From: Bugula neritina | Taxonomy: Eukaryota > Animalia > Bryozoa | Assembly (NCBI GenBank): GCA_964035545.1 | Contig: OZ037769.1 | Span: 3,639,929 to 3,703,928, forward strand | DNA: 64,000 bases | Reading direction: 5' to 3' | Shown: positions 54,404 to 64,000 of the stretch, in pieces | How positions within the stretch are numbered: the first letter of the stretch is position 1 | Layout: every line of letters starts with the position of its first letter | Notes under the pieces: model-generated | The model's input: the letters and a program-made list of their open reading frames with translations, nothing else | What the model was told of the DNA's origin: nothing | Databases searched by the model: none | Position numbers and translations under genes: made by a program

Positions 54404-56872
54404 TAGTTATATATAATATTATAGTTGGTTATGTAAAATTTATTTTATATTTACCAGCATTATATATTTAGGTTTCAATAGTACAATGTTACTTTGAAAT
54501 TTCAGGCTGTAGCTTTATCTAGCAATTCAAACTTTCAATTTGAGTTTAGTATATTGTAAGAAATGGTGTTGTGTACACAAACTGGGAAAATTAGAGCTTA
54601 TTTTGTAAACTATATAAATAGTTATTTTATAAAAAGTTTCTAACTTGCATGTATGGAAATTGTCACAAATCACTTATTTTACTGCAAATGTTAATAAATA
54701 ATATAGAATGACTTTTATTCTGGTCATGAAATAGTAGTCACACTGCCAGATCTTAGCCAATTATTAGAAAATCAATTTTATATGATTTCATTTGAATTTT
54801 TGTAAAAACTTTATGCTTCCATTGTTTTCAGTAAAACAAAACGTATTATGATCATTAGGATAAGAGACAGTTTTGCCATGCTTTGCAATTGATGATAGTT
54901 TAAGAATTTTAGATTAACTTTTGTCTGGAATTATTGTATGATGGATGAGAATTGTATCTAAGTTAGAAATGTTTTCATACCGTGAACTCGATATGAAGAT
55001 TGTAATTAGATCTGATCAATTTTAAATTTTATTGATAAAGATAACTAAATGTATAAAACAATATACGACATGTACTCCATGCCATCGATTTCTCTTTGAT
55101 TTTCTAATTGTAAATCATAATGTTAGTTCTATACTCAGCATAATGTACTTTGTAGCTTAATATAGTAAGAAGTTCTTCTTGCACCTCTGTTTTTCTGTTA
55201 GTACATTTACAAACTAGATAAAAAGTAATTACTCAAAATTCAGTGAAAATGTACATGTTTAGAAGTTATCTGCTCCTAACAGTGTCCAGTTTACACACAC
55301 AGGGAGCTTTGTAAACAATTATTGTATTATGACTACCAGGTGGTTGACATAATAACATACTGATTTAGTACCAGCTAGTACAGCTACGGCCATATTATTA
55401 TATCACTACATAAATAAGCTCTTTTGTTCAGTATAATATTATATCACGTATTGATCTTTATATATATTTTAGTTTACAAAGAGATCCAATTGCATTATCA
55501 ATGGTTTGTGAATAAGAACAATAAACTTATTCTTGGAAACTATTCACCTATATCTATTTCATAAACCTGAATTTGAAAACTGACACACTTTATAGAAGTG
55601 GTGGCGACATCATAATATGATATTGCAGCTCATGTCTTCATTTGATAGAGTAAATAATTTATTTCTTTAACATTAGCAGTTATTAGCTAATGTAACGCCT
55701 CAGGATTAAAAAAATAACAATACTGCTGTATAGAACTGTATACTTGTTGGGTGTCACAATGCAAAACTACAAATATGGTGCAGCCAAACAACTTAAATAA
55801 AAACAATCAAAATAGGAGAATGTTGGTTTATGACATTAGCACCTTCTCAGCCATGTTACAGCTACATGCTGTTTATATATAAAACAAACATTCCCTTGAG
55901 GCCACATAAAATCGATTGGTTTTTCTAAGCTTATTTGAATAGGTTTTACCTATACTTATACTAATGATGAATGCCATTAGGTAATATTATTCAATTTTTT
56001 CGCTTGACTTAAGCCTTTGTGAAGCAGTGTAAAGAATTCTTTGCGTGTCCTACTTTTGTTCAATAATCACAGAGTCATAGCTTAGGTAAGTGTGATCTTG
56101 CTATAGGGCGTAGTTCGTATTGATTTTCAGTTGATGACATAAGGGAAAAGCTGCCAATACATATAAGCATTATACTGTATTGTATAATAGTTTATATAGT
56201 AGAAGCTTTAATTGCTTGTTTAGTTGCAGCATTGTAAGCTGTAAAATCACGAAGTGAGGCTAGTAAACTAACTGGTCAAGTAAAATTTTATATATTGTCA
56301 GAAGAGGGTGAGTTTATGTCACATTTTCATCAGTTAATCTGTATATAAACTTCAAGGAATTAGTTGATATTTGCTCTGTGTAAAAAGTCCACTTGAGTTA
56401 TAAAAGCTAATTTGGCATTCAATATTTGCAAGGATAGTTTAGTAAACTATAACTAAGAGTTAGAAAAAGCAACTTTTGAAACTTTTGATGTTGGATTATA
56501 ATTAATCTTTGATTCAAGCTAAATAATACTTTGTGAAACATATTGCGCAGGATTATACTTTTGCACACTGTCTTATGTACGCCATATATATATGTAAGCA
56601 TAAGCTAAGCACCTACTCTTTTAAGTGCGTTGCTTTTAAACTACACTGATTCAATGTTTACACCTTCTAAATGTCTCTTATAACCTGCAAAATGGCAAAA
56701 ACCATTTAACTACTATTAGGTATCACCGTGTGACAGTCTTGCAGTCAATTGGGGGGGGGGGGGGGCGAGACTAGTTTCAGACTCTCAGTCTGGTTGAACG
56801 TTACTCAGGCAGTTTCTCTATAAATAATTATATATTTTCGAAATATCAACAGAAATTTCCACTTGGGTGTAA

Positions 56873-57386
56873 ATAAAAAGACTCCTACGGATGTTTATAT
56901 AGTCACTATCCTTGTGAGAAATATCTGATGCAAAATATTTTTAAATGGAACTTTAAACACTTATTAACATGTGGCTCAGGAAAAATTATGACTGGATGCT
57001 TTTTCAAACAAATTGGTAAGCAGGCGCCTTTACCAATTACACCACGGAGGCCACTGGGTAAACTCAACACTACATCCCACCCAGTTCTCTGAACTCCACT
57101 TGCCTATCTACTACTCTTTCAGTCTTCAGGCTCCCCTGGCCTTTCCACTCTCTTGGAGTACTACTACTACACTTTATTAAAGGCCAAAATAGCTTGAAAA
57201 ATAAATGCCCCTATCGGGATTTCAACCACAGACCTTCGGTCTGCAAGCAGGCACGGCAACCAACTAAACCACAGGGAGGGGGGGGGGGGCTGGGTAAACG
57301 CAACACTACAGACTTCTACTGAAGTTGTAACTCAGCATGACTTACTAAGCCAATGCTAGTAGCCCCCAGATTACAGCTTATTCCCA
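56873..57386 (-). mobile_element. Decayed family-1 SINE interrupted by a nested tRNA direct-repeat element
   Basis: The 3' part at 56873-57010 (tatagtcactatccttgtgagaaa...attatgactggatgct) and the head remnant at 57340-57386 flank the insert at 57012-57310. Confidence 0.6.
57012..57310 (-). mobile_element. tRNA-containing direct-repeat element (two units 236 bp apart, second truncated)
   Basis: Minus-strand TGTAGTGTTG.GTTTACCCAG heads at 57310 and 57074, each followed by a tRNA-like segment. gagaactgggtggga directly precedes the second head. Confidence 0.68.
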
Positions 57387-57456
57387 GTGCCAATGATTCT
57401 TAAAACCTGATCTACTGAAGTGAATATAAAAATATAAATTAGGGCTCAACTGAATA

Positions 57457-58765
57457 GGGGTAACGGGGGCACAACGGGCCGAATTTCGCATTTTTTGCTC
57501 TCATTCGTCTGTTTTTCAAGTTACTAGTTCAATAATCTGTAGTCTTAATGCTGCATCTGTTGTCTATTACAGGTATCAGTTTGCTGTTTCTATCTCTCTC
57601 ATAATTTTCAGAATAATGAAATTTTCATGAGGAAAAAATCGGCCCATTGTGCCCCGGTACCGGGGTACAATGGGCCACTGGGTGGGACACAACAAATATA
57701 TTGAAACTTGGCAGATTTTGTTGCATCTGATCTTTATTTATTTAATATTACAAATAAATAAACATATTCTTTCAGATTTAAAGCAAAATTCATGTTTTAA
57801 CTGTACAGTTTGTGCCACCAGGGGGAGGCAAAATCAAACGCACATCACTCGGTTCTACGGTGCCATTATCATTACTGTTTGAAACTAAAAATGTTTTTTA
57901 TTTACACTTTAGAAAAACTTTTATCAGAAAAAAAAACTTTAGTAACATGTGCTACAAAATTTTAAGTGGACTTTTTTCTATGAACTGCAGTTAAGGTGCA
58001 TGGCTTCGATTTGTGGCTGGAGTACGGAAGGGAGGGGGGGGGGAGCGAATAAGCAAATCACAATTTATTTTAGTCAAATACATGTATATTCCCTCAATGA
58101 TATAATGTATAATGAATATTATGACTATCTACTAGTAGCAACAGCAGAGTGTTTTGTATTATGTATAAAATAGCATAGCTTTAACCTCGCCAGATGTATA
58201 TATTAGGGGAGCTTCACCTTGTAGTTTTGTACTCTTACCATGATGTCTTTGATATTTTACAAAAAGGTCAGAAATGGCTCTATCTATAGATTTTAGTAAC
58301 ATTTCAACCAACTTTTTGGGCAAACAACCCAATAACAGTGATCAGAGTACAATAATCAGGTGGCCCATTGTGCCCCGGTCAGCGTGGCCCATTGTGCCCC
58401 GGATGGCCAAATTGAACAAAAATGTGCCTCATGGAAAATTTATTTTAGAGTTTGCTGTTATACTAGTTAAGCAATGTAGAGACAAGCAATGGCAACAATA
58501 TCAGTAAAATCTAGGCTTGTTGCCTTTGAGTGTAAAAAGTTATAAAGCCTTAACGACATCTTAAAAAATTTACAAAAAGTAGGTAAAAACAGTTTTTCAC
58601 TCGCCTTTTCAACATGTATGTTCCGCAAATGTTGAAACTACAGTGGCTGAATATTTATGTCAATACCTTTTTATGAAAAAAAAATTCACAACTCTAAGTC
58701 AATAAGTTCTCTCACAATTTGGCCGGCTTTTTGTACCCCTATGACCGTTGTGCCCCCGTTACCCC
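57457..58765. mobile_element. Non-autonomous DNA transposon (MITE), TA target site, in the probable first intron of A5
   Basis: TA|GGGGTAACGGGGGCACAACGG ... CCGTTGTGCCCCCGTTACCCC|TA, a perfect 21-bp TIR. Internal ggcccattgtgccccgg repeats at 57641, 58362, 58386 and an inverted copy at 57660. Confidence 0.92.
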
Positions 58766-58933
58766 TATATCTGAAATGAAAACTCAGACTAGCAAACTTA
58801 AACTTAAACCATGCAGCTAAAAATAAATAAACTGTGACTGTACTATATAATACTCAGGTTGCTATGTAGTTTATTTTTATATGCACCTTCAGCTTAACAT
58901 TGGTCAATATTTACACATCTGCTGCAGGTCACA

Positions 58934-61900
58934 ATGGCTGAACCGGAAATGAATGAATATGAATATGTTAGTACTGAAGATCAAAAGACTGGTACTTACC
59001 AGGGTTTATCAGCACCTCGGCCAATTGAAGCTCAGCCTGTGGGGAAAATAAACCCTCAACCTGGTCAACAAGGTGAACATCACTATGAGCAGCTGCCTAC
59101 AGGGAACCAGCAGCAGTTTTTACCTCAACAAGGATATGCCCCTGCACCTGGAAATGCCTCTTATACACAACCTCCACCTGGATATGCCCCTCAAACACAG
59201 CCACCACCTGGAAATGCCTCTCATACTCAACCTCCACCTGGATATGTTCAACAAGGATATTCTGCACAACCACTTGCTTATGGATATGTCACTGGTCAGC
59301 AGGTGATTGTACAGGCACCACCGCCTCTGCCAGTCGTAAGTTTATTTATATTATCCAGTGAATGCATACTTACTCAATTTTTTCTTCTTAATTTGCCGCT
59401 TTTATTTTTATATGATAAAATTCTTTGAGCTATCCAAATACAAATAATATAATCATCTACAAATAGCTGAAGAATATACTAATCATTATGAAATATGAAT
59501 AGGAGTATAATAACTACTATAAAACTTAATACTAAAACACCAATATAATATGAATGCCTTGTACAGAATATGAAACATGTTTGATGCATAAAAGTTGTAA
59601 GCATTTCAACAGGTCATTCTATACAGTTTTATTTGGAAGTTAAAATGACATCCATGTTTGATGAAGTATAATATGATGCTAGAGCTTTAAGTATAAAATT
59701 TTTAGATTTAGTTCAGAGTCAGGTTTAAATAAATTATAAATTAGACAAAGTGCCTATCTGTAGGTAACAGAAACAAGTTCAATATGCTGGATGGTTTTTG
59801 GAATTCTGACGGCCATATGCTGCTGCCTGCCACTGGGAATTGCTGGTGCTGTCCTGGCATATTTATCTGGTGAAGATGCTAGAAGAGGAAATGCTGCTGC
59901 CTACAAGACAAAGATCTGTCAGTCTAAAGCTCTCACACTCACAGGACTAGGAATTGGGTTGCTGATCGTTATAACTGTAGTATGTGCGGTAGGTGGCTGT
60001 TCATGTTGCATTATACAACCGTTGATCCCAAATGTATATATTATTAAACATGAAGACATTTTAACATATGCTATTATAGAATGTTGAACATTTGTTTAAT
60101 TCCTGTGTTACTTATAATTTACCATAATAACTACTTTTAATCTGAAAACCCGATAATATATCTTCATAACCTTCTTAGAATCTATATAGGTTTAATATAA
60201 ATTGAGATTTTTGATTTATAGAAAGAAGAAAACTCCATTTAGTATAGGTAAAAAACAAAGTCATGCTATTTTAAAAACTGTACTTTAGTGCATTTTTTGC
60301 AATATATTTTATTATTGATCTTTTCAGATTTGCCATATTTATAATCTCCTAAATAGTTTTGTGTTCTGTCAGAGATATTCTCATCATTTTTCTATTTGAA
60401 CACATCTCGAAATTGCCCAATTTCCTATAAACTCGGTTCTATCTCCGCTCTGTTCTGTTCGGGTAGCGGGTGGCTACTAGAGGCCTAGCTCAATTAGGCA
60501 TCTCCACCTAACCCTGTCTTAAGTATCCTCTTCATTGAGGGAACATGACTAGAGATCTTTTCTGATTGTATCCCACCATCGATGCTTTGGGCGGTCACAT
60601 GCAGTTTCTCTTTTCGTTAACTGTCATCTTATGCAATCTTCTGATATCATCTTCTTTCTTTCTTCTAATAATATGCAAGTCACCATTTACAGCTGATTTA
60701 CTCTGTAAGTTTGTATGCTTATTATGTTTTATGTCTATGCTATTGATTCATTATTAATTGATTATCTCCATATATCATGATATTAATTCTCTAGTTTACG
60801 ATGATTATGTTTGTCAACCACTGCCTAGTAATATTTTAGAGTAACATGTGTAACTGGCATTATTGTTCAATCTTTCTTGGATTCAATATTAAATTCCTAT
60901 TCTAGGGACAACTCAGAAAAAATAGGTTGTCCTTATTTGAAGGAGAAGATAATTTCCTTACACCAGCTAAAATTGTAATGCTTGAGTTTTAGATGACAAT
61001 ATGGTGCATCGACTGTTATAAATAGTAAAATATTGTAGTATCTGGTACCAATATATTCTATTGGTCAAAGCTATAGTGTCTATTCTGGAAACTCTGTTTA
61101 TCCAACTTCTGGAAACTGGGGTTATCGGACTTCAACTCATGGATATCCAGGCACTCTGCCTGGTAAGTGCATAAATGACTAATACTTTTAGGTTTTGTAA
61201 GTTGTTCATAATATGAGTGTAAAAATATCCGCTAAAATATATGTTTGTATATTACTATTAGTAAATGTTTGTTTAACATAATTTTCAAATTTGGCTTGCA
61301 AACTGCGTTAATTATACATAAATTCATTTATATTATTATAAAATCTTTTTTGTTGAATAAAGTTGGGAAATAATATTGTCATGTACGCTATAAAAATTGT
61401 TGTTATAGCTTATTTAAATTACATATATATTCAATAATTTTATAATACAGTCAGCATTAGCATAAACATAGTTTCAATTTAGATTAAAGCAAAGATTTTA
61501 ATTACAACGTTAAACGAAACAATAGGCCCCCTACCAGTTTTTAACTGTTATTTTTACTTTGAGCAGTTGGTGTGAGTTATCTCGGATGCTTTGATGACAG
61601 TGCAGTTTCTCGAGATCTTGATGGCGATGACTACGATTTTGGAGCTGGTCTTTCTGTAGAGAAGTGTACAGACTACTGCTCTGCAAGAGGTGGGTGTAAC
61701 TTTAGTTTATAGCTTTACTTCCAACTTATCTGTTATAGTGCAAACTTGCATACATTATATTAACATTCACATTATATATGTATATTAAAGCAGCAGGTGT
61801 GACACAAACTGTAATATATTAAAACACAATGTGTCTGCTACACCTTTATGATGACAACTTCAGGTGCTCTACCCTGAAAACAATTTTCGTCTCAAACACT

Positions 61901-62420
61901 AAATAAATAGAGTGACAGAGAGAAACCCTTTGCCTTTAACATAACTAGCACAGCACCAATTGATGATTTAGGCAATTATTTCAAATATGATACTTCTTAT
62001 ACTTGGCAGTAAAAAAGGAGTGTAAATTTCAGTGGATTTTAAGCCAGTTACAATTCAGAAGTTTAAATTTTGCTTAGTAATATATTAGTGATGAAATAAC
62101 ATGGGCTTCTTGTATAGGTGAATGGTGAGTAAAAGCTAGCCTTAGTATTAATTGCTGAGCAAACTTTAGATTACAGTCACATGTTATGCTTCAAGAAAAA
62201 ATTCATTATAATATATTTTAAAAATTTACTTATAATGTTTTTTTTCAAAGATTACTTATACGCCGGTCTACAAGATGGATATCGCTGTTATTGTGGGAAA
62301 TCCTATGGTTCATACGGAGAGGTGAATCAGTACAGGTGCAGTTCTGTCTGCTCTGCTGATGGCATGGAATGTGGTGGATTTTACGCCAACTCTGTTTACA
62401 GAACTAACTATTATGGCTAA
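58934..62420 (+). CDS. Gene A5: long Pro/Gln/Tyr tail + CD225 + linker + 1 WSC, about 347 aa
   Basis: Exons 58934-59335, 59764-59988 (CD225: WMVFGILTAICCCLPLGIAGAVLAYLSGEDARRGN...), 61039-61162, 61567-61689 (SYLGCFDDSAVSRDL...VEKCTDYCSAR), 62251-62420 (DYLYAGLQDGYRCYCG...CGGFYANSVYRTNYYG*). Total 1044 nt. Probable non-coding first exon donor at 56086. Confidence 0.84.
60430..60720 (-). mobile_element. RTE-clade LINE 3' fragment in an A5 intron
   Basis: Minus-strand translation DRPKHRWWDTIRKDL*SCSLNEEDT*DRVRWRCLI matches the GRP..RW.D....D......A.DR..WR C-terminus of RTE ORF2. Confidence 0.72.
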
Positions 62421-64000
62421 AGACTTTATAGTACTAACTCTTTTCTACTCTGAGTGTTTTAAACTAATAACTTGAAGTATTTGTTTTTATTTCAACAAAT
62501 AGTTTTAATTTAAGTTATGCAAAATGATAATTGATCTGCTTTTCCCACTGTTATGGGATTGCTATAAATTACAATCCAACTTCAGTTGTTATATTTTTAT
62601 ATTTTCTTGTTTATAATTTGTGATAGATAATTATATTATTAGAAATATTTCGTTCGAACGGCATTTATCCAAAAGGTAGTATATAGCCTTATATAACTGT
62701 AATAAACTTTTTAAAACTAAGCTGAAAGTTTCTTGCTTATCAAATAAAAGTTTGCAAATTTATGAAAACAGTCAATTCAATAAGGTTTTTCAAGACCACA
62801 CTCTGTATAAACTATAACACACGCATACTGGATAACAACCTCTACTTTATGTTAAAATAAAGATGCTAATCACCGTCAACTATAGTGAAAAATAACAGTA
62901 AAAGGCAGATCACAATTGCACTTATACTGAAATTATTATTTTACACTCTATATATAATACTGCCAACAAATCATGCATTATAGATATGTATATAAATACT
63001 GTACTTTACAAAGTTGTCAAAACTAATAAAAACTCTCCGAAAGTCTCACTAAATGTATTATAAGAATTCTTGAGATTCCAATTTAGTTCCTTGCGTCTGT
63101 ATATAATTTGATTCTGTAAATGTCAGCTGAGTATCAAATTGTACAGCTTGTTGAGATAAAATCGATTGTTTGTAAGCTTCTTTAAATAGATTCATTAGAT
63201 ATTCTACACTAAACCTGAACTTGTAATATTATTCGTTTTCTTTCATGAATTGCAGCTTTTGTATTAAATCGATGTATGAAATGCTTTGTGTTTTGAGCTG
63301 TTCAATAACTATATAACCTCAGCTCATGTAACTGTATTCTTATTACAAGGCGTGGTTTATATTGTTTTCCAGTTATAATTTGGCAGCTCAAAACGCTAAA
63401 AGCACTAAATTGTTTAGAGTTAAGTAGGTGGGAACATTATTTACTCGTTTAGTTACAGCACAGCAAACCTATAAGTACTAAATTTTTGAAAAGAGCGGAA
63501 TAAACTAACAAGTCATTATCAAAAAAAGGTGGGTTTATTTCACACTTTAGTAAGATTATAGTCTGTGTTATAAGCTTCAGTGAATTATTTGATAGCATTA
63601 TATATAATGTTTAGACTTTAGAGTATAAAAACAGGTTCTTAATTATACATGTTTTGTCTATCTGAATATTGACAAGGATAATCTAGTACCATATATGCAA
63701 TTGTGTACACATTGGTTGCTTTCAGTGCATATTATTTACATTTACATTTACATTTATATGTTAGTTTTATGTGCTTTGGTTTAGAATGTTTAGTGGATAG
63801 GGATTGTTTTAAAAACTGCAAATAAGTGTTAGAAGAAGGGAATTTCTAAAACTGCAAATGCTGGATTCTTATTTGCACCAGAACCTAAATTGAACAATAC
63901 TTTATAAAACATGACAGCATAATAGATTACAATAAGATGCATACATAATATAGGCCTACTTTGAAAGTTCGGGGTTGGAACCATCTTCAAAATTTCAAAA

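Overview
AT-rich, intron-containing animal (probably invertebrate) genomic DNA. The six-frame ORF track is mostly misleading here because the real genes are split into 76-402 bp exons. Splicing by hand (GT-AG, phase-consistent, no internal stops) gives two interleaved tandem gene families. Family A (+ strand) has five genes: A1 (partial, 47-3079), A2 (5954-10657), A3 (13474-19327), A4 (47336-54403) and A5 (58934-62420). Each encodes a Pro/Tyr-rich N-terminal tail with PPxY/LPxY motifs, a CD225/dispanin (IFITM/PRRT-like) membrane module and a short linker, fused in frame to 2, 2, 2, 4 and 1 WSC carbohydrate-binding domains; the tail and CD225 exons of A1 lie outside the window. I do not recognise this CD225-WSC architecture as a characterised one. 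Family B (- strand) has three two-coding-exon genes for 76-95 aa proteins that the ORF track largely misses. B2 and B3 carry a doubled H-x4-C...C-x-C motif, and B1 has lost most of it. The window also holds two recent segmental duplications, two TA-flanked MITEs, a tRNA-Thr-derived SINE family, a TG-starting tRNA-containing direct-repeat element (TRIM-like candidate), a Penelope-like RT relic, a minimal hammerhead ribozyme inside a (TA)n tract, RTE and CR1/L2 LINE relics, and micro/minisatellites. All gene models are manual predictions with no transcript support.
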